Below the pieces are notes generated by a model, which did not search any database, had not been told where the DNA came from, and worked only from the letters and a program-made list of their open reading frames with translations. From a virus, in the IMG/VR virus record IMGVR_UViG_3300043571_000313, positions 9,810 to 73,809 of that record: 64,000 nucleotides of DNA; one strand, 5' to 3'. Both the position numbers and the translations under genes were made by a program. Numbering within the stretch: the stretch's first letter is position 1; each line of letters opens with the position of its first letter. This document shows, one piece after another, positions 19,201 through 27,886 of this stretch.

Positions 19201-19652
19201 ATCGTCTCACCATTCGCCAGCTTCCAGCGGATAGCGAACGGCGGGTTCGACACGATGCACGGGAAGCGCAGGTTCGGGAAGATCTCATCCATCACCTCGA
19301 AGGTGTGGACGCAGGACCCGGTGATGCGGTCGACGGGTTTGTCCCAGGTGTTGCGGCCGGTGAGCGAGGTGCGCGCCGCCTCATCCTCATCGGCGAAGCG
19401 CTTGTCGATCTCGGTGCCGTAGTATTGCTGCGCCGAGAGCGCGCGGATCAGGTTGCCGCCGGCGCACTGCGGATCGAAGACGGTGTTGAAGTTGCCGAAC
19501 GGGAGCTGGGCCACGAGGCCTTGGGCAAGCCAAGGCGGTGTTTGATACTGCTGCTGGCCGCCCTGAAGCGCGTGCTTCGCGGAGACGGCTGCGTCGATGA
19601 CTTCCTGGATGTTTTCGTTTTCGATCCCGGAGCGTGCGTCGGTGATGTTCAT
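16281..19652 (-). CDS. N6-adenine methyltransferase fused to SNF2-family helicase (DarB-like)
   Basis: YQTP, FDPQCAGG (motif I), SNPPF (motif IV); AETGTGKS Walker A, DEAH, ALTATP, QAQGRVWR. Confidence 0.88.
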   Translation of the reverse strand: MNITDARSGIENENIQEVIDAAVSAKHALQGGQQQYQTPPWLAQGLVAQLPFGNFNTVFDPQCAGGNLIRALSAQQYYGTEIDKRFADEDEAARTSLTGRNTWDKPVDRITGSCVHTFEVMDEIFPNLRFPCIVSNPPFAIRWKLANGETIDSTEWTWQMIKKRLANNGCGFLISNAKTIEKLGIQDDPWVYLYQRFPAGGIWENCDVELGIVHFGNIVGRPRNQKVWDHMPDQQQLFEYGRTIKSNLHQVSGQPYWYSPYTEHYSLYLDWNNLSKIIKEEHLDRPKFNIYLGKDGALRTYLSTRAQVKIKDDEIVRLHRINGCHPLTLTTEKETRKLLHQFVNDGIYTIQPEARKAIAAALAEVASMACPIMPVTDFELVAYADEEEALKCKAAHEAGIIKLTVGKRYEIRTGTYTFTEKFTRKKIYYDEDEDTTEIEDHECRLSGEDRYIEVTDDHRRVHRFMDRPAEGMSWQHPEDMLWTLFDKPFVPTIAEVEVDQFERNKNAMRFNEMMAGFTYFPGQLDFYARMACKDYGLVAAETGTGKSLGALTLIALKSPKRTLLIAPQGTMRSTEEDEEIDYQASQWVSEIQRFAPGEPVFQLFSAEDWYAILHANAGELPPGIYITYPQAYFSNGGFEHLPESWDRVAEKKFCERFNLKYDEKRPVEEQFCRNVGAGNKHGIRCIGLPSLATIVASTHGDAWDMVICDEAHLYCNAEAQVTKNLFRLQPKYRFALTATPIPNVISNIFSLMGWLCVKDWHKGKMRNAAWPYAVDEIGRFNSTFLSVEEDLTAQWKAKARGKRGWRNTGTKHSPVISSPARLLKLLKPTLAYISKKDCNPNLQPCEVIDVRVAMGKEQSKLYQFWLERRNYLTEFKSALTIARVQSSRLRGCCASPASLDYTRDMCKSNFNHKTITILQLVRDCLKRGEQVVVVSARVGQSSELASRLANAKIPIARIDSTVRPDLHAAEANRFKKGDARVMLMGIKCAQGHSFDQCPNLIVGSLEWSYGTLNQAQGRVWRLTSPKPVKIWCVLHQNSIEELLFDRVALKQDAATLCLHGKRVPRDFKTLDASEVLAEHIVNFKAEDGDVLSESECESQWIELRKQLIIANRPVLAPVIEVAA

Positions 19653-19666
19653 GGAGTGAAAGAGGT

Positions 19667-19698
19667 GGCAGCCCCACGCTCACTCTCGTGGGGCTGCC
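19667..19698 (-). terminator. strong intergenic hairpin (terminator or processing site)
   Basis: GGCAGCCCCACG-8 nt-CGTGGGGCTGCC, perfect 12-bp stem; only a weak U-tract. Confidence 0.45.
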
Positions 19699-19753
19699 GG
19701 TTCTCATGTCTGCGCACTGCGCAGAAATTGTTACTGTTTAGTTGAGGTTACAT

Positions 19754-21109
19754 TCAAGACATTTCCGCTCGGCAATTACCGGCTGCGAAGGCGGACCAGC
19801 GGGTCACGGAGCAAATGATCTGACTGAAGCTGGATACTTCCACGCCCTGCCCCATCGCCTCGCCTGCGGTTGTCTTCGATTCGCCGAGGTCGTATCCATC
19901 CGGCAATGCCATGATGAGCTTGACCTCCGTGATCGTAAGCCAGCGATACCTGTCGGAATCATTCGGGTGCACGACGACAGGGTTGTCGCCCTGCCCTGCG
20001 AAGTACCTCTTCTTGATCGTGCCGATGGTGCGGTCAGTGTAGTGGATAAGCTGAGACGCGAAGCCGTTGCCCTTTGTCGTCTGCTTTTGCCAGTGGTCGA
20101 AGAGCCAGCGCTTCGTCGGCGTCTTGCGATCAAACCACTCGCATGCGGGATCATCCGGCTTGAGCAGGTAGTCCGACAGGCAGGCGGCGCTGGTCTGCGG
20201 CTCGGGCCAGCGAACCGAATCGAACGACGTCGCCACCATGACAGCGCGCTTGCGCTGGGTGATGGCGCCATAGTCGGTTGCGTTGATGACCTTCCAGTCG
20301 ACGACGTACCCCATCCGGCGCAGCGCATGCCGTGCGATCCAGCCTGCGCCAGAGTCGAGCCACGCCGGAACCTCCTCGATGACGACCGTGTGCGGATTGA
20401 AGACATCCACTGCACGCAGCGTCCAGAAGGTCATGTCCCCCAGCTCGTGCGCCTCGGGCACGAGGGTCTTGTCGACCTTCGTGTTCGTGCCATCGTTCCG
20501 CCGGATCTTCGAGAACGGCTCGCATGGGATGCCGGCATGGAGGAGGCCCACCGGCCCGATCATCCTCGCAGCATCCTCAATGCGGGCATCGGCGATGTCG
20601 GAGTTCATCATGTGCCCGCCGTGGTTGGCGTCATGGATGTTCGCGTAGTCCGTATTCCATTCGACCGCCGCCCTCGTCTCGAAGCCCGCAGCCTTGGCGG
20701 CCTGACTGAGCAGGCCGGCTCCGACAAACAGGCCGACGGCGACAGATGTGGCGACGCGCGCCGCCACATTGGCGAGCGTGCGGGCCGGCGTTATGGTGAT
20801 CGTGTGCATCGTCATCCTCACGGCGATGCGCTCGGTGTTGGGGAACACCTTGGCGAGATCCGCCGTGCTGATGTCGATGATCGGGTGCGCGCCGTCGCCG
20901 CGATCCCGGCCGGACACAGTGCGGTCCTGGGCGACGGCATTGCCGAACGCCTCGAGGGTGACCTTGCCCACCTCGAAACGTGCGGAGAACTTCGTGCCTG
21001 GGAGGAAGCCGGCCTCGCCGAGGCGCTTGCCTTCGATCCAAACGCGGGGCTTGCCGCGAGACTGACCGAGCTTCAGCTCGGTGTCATACTGGAAGGGTTG
21101 GTTTGTCAT
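19754..21109 (-). CDS. DNA (cytosine-5)-methyltransferase with N-terminal AbrB/SymE-like domain
   Basis: LFVGAG (motif I), GIPCEPFS (catalytic PC), IEEVP, QRKRA, RWLTITEV; N-terminal PRVWIEGKRLGEAGFLPG. Confidence 0.88.
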   Translation of the reverse strand: MTNQPFQYDTELKLGQSRGKPRVWIEGKRLGEAGFLPGTKFSARFEVGKVTLEAFGNAVAQDRTVSGRDRGDGAHPIIDISTADLAKVFPNTERIAVRMTMHTITITPARTLANVAARVATSVAVGLFVGAGLLSQAAKAAGFETRAAVEWNTDYANIHDANHGGHMMNSDIADARIEDAARMIGPVGLLHAGIPCEPFSKIRRNDGTNTKVDKTLVPEAHELGDMTFWTLRAVDVFNPHTVVIEEVPAWLDSGAGWIARHALRRMGYVVDWKVINATDYGAITQRKRAVMVATSFDSVRWPEPQTSAACLSDYLLKPDDPACEWFDRKTPTKRWLFDHWQKQTTKGNGFASQLIHYTDRTIGTIKKRYFAGQGDNPVVVHPNDSDRYRWLTITEVKLIMALPDGYDLGESKTTAGEAMGQGVEVSSFSQIICSVTRWSAFAAGNCRAEMS

Positions 21110-21115
21110 GATGGG

Positions 21116-21763
21116 TCACTTCTTCAGCACGTCGGCGATCGACGTGAGCACGGTGGCGAGTTCCTGACGCACGATGCGGCGGACGTCCGCCTCGGTAATA
21201 CCCTTCGCCTTGGGTTGGGCAGCCAGCTTGCGCAGCTGGGCGGTGATGATGGACATGGGATCGCTGGACTCCGACTCGTCTTCGTCATTCGCCTCGTCGA
21301 GGACCGTGGCGCCAGGGTTCGGGCCGCCGGGAATGGCGTGCGTTTCGATGGCGGCGGGAGGGAAGTCCACCAACACTTCCGGCGCTGGCGTCGGAGCGAC
21401 AGGCTTGGGTGCGGCGGGCCTTGGGGCGGCGGGCTCGAGGACACGGGGCGCAGCGGGGCGAGGCGCCGGGGTGGCAGCGGCCGGCGTCGTTGCGGCCTGC
21501 CCCTTCGGGATGACCGGCAGCTTCCCCCAGTCGAGCCCCTTCGCGATCTCGGTGAGCTCGTCGACGAGGGCGATGCGATCCTCGAATGGGACGGTCGCGT
21601 CGTTGATATAGTCGGCCAGCTTCTTGCCGGTCTTGTTCACGACGAACAGCGTGATGCGCTGCATGACATCGGTTTCACGGTGCGGCTGGAGCTGCCGGAA
21701 GAGCGCCGCATTGCGGGCGTTCAGGTCAGACTGCGTGACGGGTGTGGCGGTGGCGGTGGACAT
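21116..21763 (-). CDS. hypothetical protein with Pro-rich linker
   Basis: 215 aa, phage-like codon usage. Confidence 0.65.
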   Translation of the reverse strand: MSTATATPVTQSDLNARNAALFRQLQPHRETDVMQRITLFVVNKTGKKLADYINDATVPFEDRIALVDELTEIAKGLDWGKLPVIPKGQAATTPAAATPAPRPAAPRVLEPAAPRPAAPKPVAPTPAPEVLVDFPPAAIETHAIPGGPNPGATVLDEANDEDESESSDPMSIITAQLRKLAAQPKAKGITEADVRRIVRQELATVLTSIADVLKK

Positions 21764-21806
21764 GATGCTTATGGATATGAGTTACAGTTGCGGACGGAGA
21801 GGAATG

Positions 21807-22160
21807 TCAGAGGCCGAGAGAACGAAGCTGATCGGCCGGGTCTTCGGCGGGAGTGATGCGGTGGTGGTTTAGATTTTTTTTGCGCTTCGCGTGCATGGGT
21901 TTCAGGCAGCTGTTTCCCCAGCTGCCCTTGGTGGTGCCGTCGGGCATGGTGTGTCCGTCCGGGCAGAAGCGGAAGCCGAGGTCCTTGAGGTGCTGGCGCA
22001 GCGGAATGTTGTCGTTGCCCGACAAGGCAGGTCCGCAGTACCAGATCCAGTCCCGGTCCATGAAGCAGTGATCGACCAGGGACGGCGCGCGCTCGCTGAG
22101 TTCTTGCATCACCTCGTCAGCGGAGCGCAGCTGACGGATGGGATTGTTGAGTTTGACCAT
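21807..22160 (-). CDS. hypothetical protein
   Basis: 117 aa, tight operon packing. Confidence 0.6.
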   Translation of the reverse strand: MVKLNNPIRQLRSADEVMQELSERAPSLVDHCFMDRDWIWYCGPALSGNDNIPLRQHLKDLGFRFCPDGHTMPDGTTKGSWGNSCLKPMHAKRKKNLNHHRITPAEDPADQLRSLGL

Positions 22161-22169
22161 GAGAAAATA

Positions 22170-23213
22170 TTATTGACTGCTCTTGCCTCGGATCTCGCCG
22201 AGAGTCTTCGGCGTCCAGTGGAAATCCAACTCGCCGTTGTTCGCGATGATCTCGGTGATGCTGATGTAACCCAACTCGCCACCGTCGCCGAAGAGGTCGG
22301 CAAGTCCGAATGCCTGGTCCTGCTGCGCCAGCATGTCCTTCTCCGTGATGTACCAGTTGGCCGATCCGCCGGCGAAGTAGTGGAGGTGAGCGACGGCGGC
22401 GTCGCCCTGCCGGTCCGTCTCGCCTGTCTTCGGCATGCCGCTGACCACTGCGGCGAGCTCAATCATCTTGTCGAAGAAGAACTCGCGCTCCTCGCCGCGC
22501 ATCGCATCGCGCACAGTCAGGAGTTGGGCGCCTCCGATGAAACCCTTCAAGAGCTTGAGCGCATCGAATGCGTTTGCCGACTTGTCCGGCGGCGAAGTCG
22601 GCGGCGCTGCGCTGAGTCCATCCCTGAGCGCAGCCACCACCAGCTTCGCCTTGTCCATCGGCAGCCGCAGGAACTCGAGATCGGGCAGCACGCCGACGAG
22701 CAGCGCCGTGGGCACGAGCTCGGGGCGGGTGATGGACTGCGCCACCGTCTCTGCCCACAGCTCAACGAGCTTGGTCTTGTAGTCGCGATCGGGATGCGGG
22801 TGCCATGTGATGATGACCTCCTGATGCTCGCGCAGCAGGCCGGCATGACGGGAGGAGAACTGGCCGTGCGGTGTCGGCGTGATCTTTCCTTCGACGGACA
22901 TCACGAAGTCGGCGGCGTGCCCGACCTCATGCCAGATGATGCGCATGACGCCAGGGCTGTTGGCATCCATGTCCAGCGGGACGACGACGCGCGGCGGTCT
23001 GTGGGAGAACAGGCCGGCCACGCCGACCGGGATGTCGCAGCCCTGGGCCTGGATGATTGGGATGCCGTAGGCCTTGAGCCAGTCGAAGGGCGCGGCGATG
23101 GCGCCCGTGGCTTGGATGATGGCGCCGCCGATGCGGCCGCCCGCCTTGCCGATCTGATCGGTCGGGTCGGGCACGTTGGCGAAGAGTTCGCAGAGGAGTT
23201 CGGTTCCGTTCAT
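22170..23213 (-). CDS. HExxH metallopeptidase-like domain fused to DUF2958-like domain
   Basis: IWHEVGH...ELWAE; C-terminal HLHYF...WYITE...AFGLADL...ELGYISITEI. Confidence 0.65.
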   Translation of the reverse strand: MNGTELLCELFANVPDPTDQIGKAGGRIGGAIIQATGAIAAPFDWLKAYGIPIIQAQGCDIPVGVAGLFSHRPPRVVVPLDMDANSPGVMRIIWHEVGHAADFVMSVEGKITPTPHGQFSSRHAGLLREHQEVIITWHPHPDRDYKTKLVELWAETVAQSITRPELVPTALLVGVLPDLEFLRLPMDKAKLVVAALRDGLSAAPPTSPPDKSANAFDALKLLKGFIGGAQLLTVRDAMRGEEREFFFDKMIELAAVVSGMPKTGETDRQGDAAVAHLHYFAGGSANWYITEKDMLAQQDQAFGLADLFGDGGELGYISITEIIANNGELDFHWTPKTLGEIRGKSSQ

Positions 23214-23222
23214 GATTTTGGG

Positions 23223-23426
23223 TTAGTCTCGGACGATTCGGGGTAAGTCTTTGTCTCTCGGGAATTCTTCCGGGCCTTCGCTGACCCACCCGATCCCGAC
23301 CCACTGCTTGACGATGCCGTCATCGACGATCTTCGTGAAGCGCTTCTCATTGCCGGCGACCATGGCAACACTGGAGCACTCTCTTGCGTGGATGGTTTTG
23401 GATGTGGATGTGGGTTTTCTTTTCAT
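23223..23426 (-). CDS. hypothetical protein
   Basis: MKRKPTS... ATGA-coupled to the upstream gene; KQWVGIGWV motif. Confidence 0.6.
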   Translation of the reverse strand: MKRKPTSTSKTIHARECSSVAMVAGNEKRFTKIVDDGIVKQWVGIGWVSEGPEEFPRDKDLPRIVRD

Positions 23427-24397
23427 GCGGCCTCCTTTGATTGGGCGATGATGCGATTGATCCAGTCCTGCCAGTCGGTGATGCCGGCAGCAGTGAAGTC
23501 GTCGCGTTTGATGTAGCTGGTCGGGGTGAGTGCGATGAGTCGGTCGATCTGCTCGGCGGGAAGCAGTCCCTTCTCCCTGATGTAGTCCGTCATGGCACCG
23601 GGCTTGGGTGTCGCACCGCGCATGCCCTTCACGCGCCGACGCCAGAGTCCTTCGATCAGCGGCACACCCTCGCCTCTCGGCCAGCTGCGTTCTTCTGCCT
23701 TGTCGAGGTGGCGCTGGCGGGTGCGCGCCTCTATGATGACGATGCCGGCGAGCTGACGCTCGGGCAATTCGTCCACCTCCCATGGCTTCATCGCCGGGCA
23801 GAAGTAACAGGATGACTTCGGCGGGACGATGAGTCCGGCCGCATCGATCTCGGTGATGCAGCGGGCCAGGTTCCAGCCCCACTCCTGCAGCGGGAAGACC
23901 AGCTTGACCAGGCTCGCGTCCTCCTCTTGCACGGCGAACGTGCTGCATCGCTTAGTGCGGCGGTGCTCATGCGGCGAGTCCTCGAAGCCAACGGCCTTGG
24001 TCACCAGTTCGCCCGCCGCCCATGCGTCAATGGCTGGCTGCCACGACGCAATGAACTTGGCCTGCGGTGCGATCTTCCACTTCTGCGAGCAGCTGTGCCC
24101 ACCGTAGGCGAGGGACGGGAGCGTCACGTTGGTCAGGCAGTTCTCCTCGATGGTGTAGTAGTGCGGCCAGTGCTTGTAGTTCTGCGGTTCGTACCGCACG
24201 ACGGTGACTTGTGGGAAGCCGACGAACTCCAGCCACTCATTGATGATGGCGAGGTAGGCGTAGGTCTTCTGCCGTTCGGCTCCGACGTCGGCGAAGATGA
24301 TGAGGTCAGGCCGGATGCCACGCTGCCAGTATCCGACGAGCATGGCGGTGCTGTCCCGGCCCATGCCGTAACACACAACGAGAGGTGACTTTGCCAT
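23423..24397 (-). CDS. PAPS reductase-like / adenine nucleotide alpha-hydrolase protein
   Basis: VVCYGMGRDSTAML PP-loop-like motif, FADVGAE, CSQKWK, PPKSSCYFCP. Confidence 0.75.
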   Translation of the reverse strand: MAKSPLVVCYGMGRDSTAMLVGYWQRGIRPDLIIFADVGAERQKTYAYLAIINEWLEFVGFPQVTVVRYEPQNYKHWPHYYTIEENCLTNVTLPSLAYGGHSCSQKWKIAPQAKFIASWQPAIDAWAAGELVTKAVGFEDSPHEHRRTKRCSTFAVQEEDASLVKLVFPLQEWGWNLARCITEIDAAGLIVPPKSSCYFCPAMKPWEVDELPERQLAGIVIIEARTRQRHLDKAEERSWPRGEGVPLIEGLWRRRVKGMRGATPKPGAMTDYIREKGLLPAEQIDRLIALTPTSYIKRDDFTAAGITDWQDWINRIIAQSKEAA

Positions 24398-24699
24398 TAG
24401 ATTATTGTGATCCCGGGTAGATTGCCCTGTTCGCACAGGACGCCATGGATCATACAGCCCATGGGGGGTGCGGTTTGGGCCAGCATAATCAGGGTTAGTG
24501 GCATGCCCATGGCGGCGAAACTTTTTGCCATGTCGTCGTCCAACTCTTCCTTGAGCTGCGCCCACTTCACCGGGCCGAGCAGCACGCGCTGCGGCTTCAT
24601 GCCGATCACCTTCGCAAGGTCGATGGCGTAGGCGATGCGGCTGATGATGGTCGTGCCGGGCATTACCGGGCGGACGGTGGCGACGGGCCAGGAGCTCAT
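24397..24699 (-). CDS. hypothetical protein
   Basis: TAATG and ATGA coupling on both sides. Confidence 0.55.
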   Translation of the reverse strand: MSSWPVATVRPVMPGTTIISRIAYAIDLAKVIGMKPQRVLLGPVKWAQLKEELDDDMAKSFAAMGMPLTLIMLAQTAPPMGCMIHGVLCEQGNLPGITII

Positions 24700-25226
24700 G
24701 GCGCACCGCCTTTCAGTGCCCGCACGACGGACGCCAGCATAACCTTCTGCATCTCGGGGTCTTTGAGGTAGAGGCCCATTTCCAGCTGAACCCGGATCTT
24801 GCGCAGAGTGTCACGCATCACTGGCGCAGCAGCGACGAGGTGCGCACGTTCCGGCGGGCCGTCGCGCATGACGCAGATGATCTCGCCTTTCAGTAGCCAC
24901 CAATTCCCCTTGTCGGTGTCGGACACAAGGATCTCGGCGTCGTTGGTGACGATGTAGCGGTGGTCGTGGAACGTGTGCTTTCCTCCGTGCTCGGGGCATG
25001 GCATCACCTTCCATCTGCCGATCTCCTCTTGAACAGGAAGCGGCTCGATGATGTCCGTCGTCGTGCCGTACTTATACAGCGTGAGCACAGCCTCGGCGGG
25101 GCAGTAGCCATGCGAGTCGGCCGGCTCACCCTCGTCACGGTGCGGGCCTTCGAGGACGACGGCCATGGTGATGCGGTCCTTGTTGGCGATCTCGGTCGCC
25201 TGCTTGATGGCTTCAGTGCGTGTCAT
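24696..25226 (-). CDS. hypothetical protein
   Basis: 176 aa; AHLVAAAPVM motif common in phage small proteins. Confidence 0.6.
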   Translation of the reverse strand: MTRTEAIKQATEIANKDRITMAVVLEGPHRDEGEPADSHGYCPAEAVLTLYKYGTTTDIIEPLPVQEEIGRWKVMPCPEHGGKHTFHDHRYIVTNDAEILVSDTDKGNWWLLKGEIICVMRDGPPERAHLVAAAPVMRDTLRKIRVQLEMGLYLKDPEMQKVMLASVVRALKGGAP

Positions 25227-25822
25227 GTGGCAACATCTTCCTTTCGTTTGTCGTCGAGCACCTTCGCGCCAGCGGCCTCGGCCTGCTCACGGGTGAAGGG
25301 TCCGTCGAAGATCAGGTACGATTTGCTCTCGAGCAGGAGTGCCCGGTCTCGGGCCAGCGTGACGGCGCGGGTGTGCCAGAGCTCGCCGTGCGTGCTTGCC
25401 CCAGCGGTACGAAACTTATCCTTGTTCGCAGCGTAGAAGGCGTCGCACCGATCTCGGATCGGCTTGGCTTCCGGCTTCGCCAGCCATGCGTCCACGCCTT
25501 TCATGTAGGAGGGTGGGTTCATCGCCTGACGCACGGCGCTGAACAACTCGTCGTCGGAGAACAGATCCGGGAAGGCGATGGCGACCAGCACCCAGTCGCA
25601 GTCCTCCTCGTACCAGCCCGGCCCCGCCCAGGTGCCGAGCGCATCGAGCGGCTTCGGCATGCGGGCCAGCGCCTCATCGCTGATGTGGAAGCCGCCATGC
25701 GAAGCGGTGGTATAGAACGTGACGCCGGGTCCGTACTCGGTGGCGGATTGCGCCGGACCCCATGGTGTCTCGGGTGCGGGCGGATGGCTGTGCCCTGAGA
25801 AGGGCGTGGTTGTGCGGTTCAT
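25223..25822 (-). CDS. DUF7007-like protein
   Basis: TPWG...TASHGGF...WYEEDCDW signature. Confidence 0.7.
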   Translation of the reverse strand: MNRTTTPFSGHSHPPAPETPWGPAQSATEYGPGVTFYTTASHGGFHISDEALARMPKPLDALGTWAGPGWYEEDCDWVLVAIAFPDLFSDDELFSAVRQAMNPPSYMKGVDAWLAKPEAKPIRDRCDAFYAANKDKFRTAGASTHGELWHTRAVTLARDRALLLESKSYLIFDGPFTREQAEAAGAKVLDDKRKEDVAT

Positions 25823-25849
25823 GTGAGTTGTTGCTTCATAATGTGGGTA

Positions 25850-25870
25850 ACATTTTAGAATCTAAAATGT
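25850..25870. promoter_or_regulatory. perfect palindromic operator candidate
   Basis: ACATTTTAGA-A-TCTAAAATGT in an AT-rich intergenic gap. Confidence 0.65.
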
Positions 25871-25900
25871 CGAGTGGAAATCAGGCGTTTGGCGGTTATG

Positions 25901-26242
25901 TTACTCGACTTCCTCCACCCAAGCGGCGGCGAACTTGGGGTCGGCGGCGGCGGCGGCTTCGACGGCCCGCTGAGATGCCTCGCCGAGCGCCTGCTCGCCC
26001 TCGCCTAGCCATTCGATAAGCTCGGCCGGGGCGGGGAAGGAACTGGCGGTGCGACGAGTGCGCTCGCCCTCCCACAGGCTGCATCGCTCGATGCGGGCGA
26101 TGTAACGCTCGCTTTGGGTGCGGTAAATCTCGACCGTCGTCCAGCGGGTCGAGTTGTGATCCCTGTTGGAGCCAACGGCGATCCTCTCGCCTGTGAAAAC
26201 GATGGGGGGTAGGCCATCGCGCTTGATCGTGATCTTGTTCAT
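25901..26242 (-). CDS. hypothetical protein (EXLDI-like beta domain)
   Basis: MNKITIKRDG..IVFTGERI...EIYRTQSERYI. Confidence 0.55.
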   Translation of the reverse strand: MNKITIKRDGLPPIVFTGERIAVGSNRDHNSTRWTTVEIYRTQSERYIARIERCSLWEGERTRRTASSFPAPAELIEWLGEGEQALGEASQRAVEAAAAADPKFAAAWVEEVE

Positions 26243-26480
26243 GTCTGTGTGTGTGCCGCTGTCGTCGGTCGCGTGCGTCACCGGAGCAGACGGGTTTCGG
26301 TCTGCCAGCGATTGCTCATTGGATACGAGAAGGGCCACGCTTGCGGCGCGGCCTGGGTTGAGGGGTGGCTGGCGATTGGAGGACGGCGATGTAGCGGCAG
26401 CTACAATGCGGGCGAAGGGATCGCATCGCTGCGATCTGATCCGCGTTCAGCGGCTTTGGTTTTGTCATTGGGATTGCGCT

Positions 26481-26702
26481 TCAGTCATCACGGTACGGCA
26501 GCCGCAGACGCGGCGACTCAACGACGGCGAGCGCCGGATCGTTGAGGGCTGGCGTCGTGCGGCCGTACTTGGCACCGCTGCGCTGACGCAGCAGGCGTGC
26601 CTTGGCCTGGTGCCAGGTGCGGGCCTCGCCGCGCCGGACCATGAGGTCGGCGGCGCGATCGAGGGGCATGTCACGAGGTATGGGGCGGAAGCCGGTGTTC
26701 AT
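26481..26702 (-). CDS. hypothetical protein
   Basis: ATGA-coupled small ORF. Confidence 0.45.
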   Translation of the reverse strand: MNTGFRPIPRDMPLDRAADLMVRRGEARTWHQAKARLLRQRSGAKYGRTTPALNDPALAVVESPRLRLPYRDD

Positions 26703-26896
26703 ATGGCACCCCCTTTCTTGCTAAAAACCTGACCGCCTAGCGATTTGGCTAGACGTTGGGCATCGCGCTTTGCGTTGCGTCCGCAGAAGTATCCGCAAGG
26801 GCGTCCCGTGCGGTGGGTGGCGACCCAGTATTTCCTTTGGTCGTTGTTCAAGAGGCACTTCCTTCGGCGCGGGCCTTGGTCGATGGCGGTGTTCAT
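26699..26896 (-). CDS. hypothetical protein
   Basis: ATGA-coupled small ORF. Confidence 0.5.
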   Translation of the reverse strand: MNTAIDQGPRRRKCLLNNDQRKYWVATHRTGRPCGYFCGRNAKRDAQRLAKSLGGQVFSKKGGAI

Positions 26897-27090
26897 GTGG
26901 CGGTGTCGTCCTCACTCGGTTCGACGTAGGCAAAGCACCCGCACTCAGGGCACTCGCCAGCCGGAACAATTCCTCCGACGTCGAGCCGTTCGGCGAGGCG
27001 GTGGATCTCGTGCAGGGTCTTGCCCAGTTCACGATACGGGCCGCTCCAATCGCAGTCATCGCAGCGGCATTCGGTAGTGTCACTTGTCAT
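26893..27090 (-). CDS. small zinc-ribbon protein
   Basis: CDDCDW...GECPECG. Confidence 0.6.
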   Translation of the reverse strand: MTSDTTECRCDDCDWSGPYRELGKTLHEIHRLAERLDVGGIVPAGECPECGCFAYVEPSEDDTAT

Positions 27091-27427
27091 GGTCGAGATC
27101 TCCACGCCGAGCGAGCTCGGCCATGAGCAGCAGGCCGAAGGCGCGGGCGTTCTGGGCTTTGTAGTAACAGCGGGGCCTTGGCCTGATGTCGTAATGAAAG
27201 CGAAGAAGGTCCGGCCACCATGCGCCCGATGCACTGGCCTTCGCCGGCTTGAAGTAGCGCAAGAATGCGTCGCGCATCTGAACATTGATGCCCCAATCTT
27301 CAGGGGAGGCTGAGTCGATAGCGGTGCAGGCATAGTAATGCTCCCGCGTGACGATATACCCGGCGGCGAGCGTGAAGACCGCAGCCATCTCGGCGCGCTG
27401 GCGTTTGGTTCTTGGAGTCGGCTTCAT
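27080..27427 (-). CDS. hypothetical protein
   Basis: 115 aa within the early operon. Confidence 0.55.
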   Translation of the reverse strand: MKPTPRTKRQRAEMAAVFTLAAGYIVTREHYYACTAIDSASPEDWGINVQMRDAFLRYFKPAKASASGAWWPDLLRFHYDIRPRPRCYYKAQNARAFGLLLMAELARRGDLDHDK

Positions 27428-27428
27428 G

Positions 27429-27617
27429 TCAGGAGTGCTCCTCGTAGGCGCAGATCAGGCAGACCTTGCGGCCACCGGACAGCGTGGTTGCGGGACGACT
27501 GAGGCACTTCGGGCAGAGCGGAGATGCCTGCGGCTTGGGTGCACGGCGGCGGGTCAGGTAGCCGACGAGCAGGATGCCGGCGGCGATCGCGACTGCGATG
27601 ATGATGGCGGTGTTCAC
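27429..27617 (-). CDS. small membrane-anchored zinc-finger protein
   Basis: N-terminal TM helix, CPKC...CLIC; GTG start overlapping the upstream stop. Confidence 0.55.
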   Translation of the reverse strand: MNTAIIIAVAIAAGILLVGYLTRRRAPKPQASPLCPKCLSRPATTLSGGRKVCLICAYEEHS

Positions 27618-27886
27618 TTAACGCCCTCCTTCGGTGGTTGAGTTTTCTTCGGGTAAAGAACGGCGTGTGCTTTCGCCAACGCCTCCTTGCTCAGGCACGC
27701 GCCGACCCACATGTCGGTCATGCGGTATGCGTGCCTGGTGAAATTGATGTCGCCCATGACCACGCGCAGCGCAGCGACGGCGTCGTCGCGCTCCTTCTCG
27801 AGCTCCTCGAGGCGGTCGGCGACGATGTCCGCCGTGGCTGGCGACATGAGGGTGCGCAGTAATGCGCGGTTCAGTTTTTGAATCAC
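27614..27886 (-). CDS. hypothetical protein
   Basis: GTGA overlap; ADRLEELEKERD coiled coil. Confidence 0.55.
   Translation of the reverse strand: MIQKLNRALLRTLMSPATADIVADRLEELEKERDDAVAALRVVMGDINFTRHAYRMTDMWVGACLSKEALAKAHAVLYPKKTQPPKEGVK

Noticed and set aside
19742-23246. Long + strand ORFs (704 aa, 451 aa) and similar ones at 17217, 41982 and 43793
   Set aside because: Antisense shadows of GC-rich genes that carry clear motifs on the other strand
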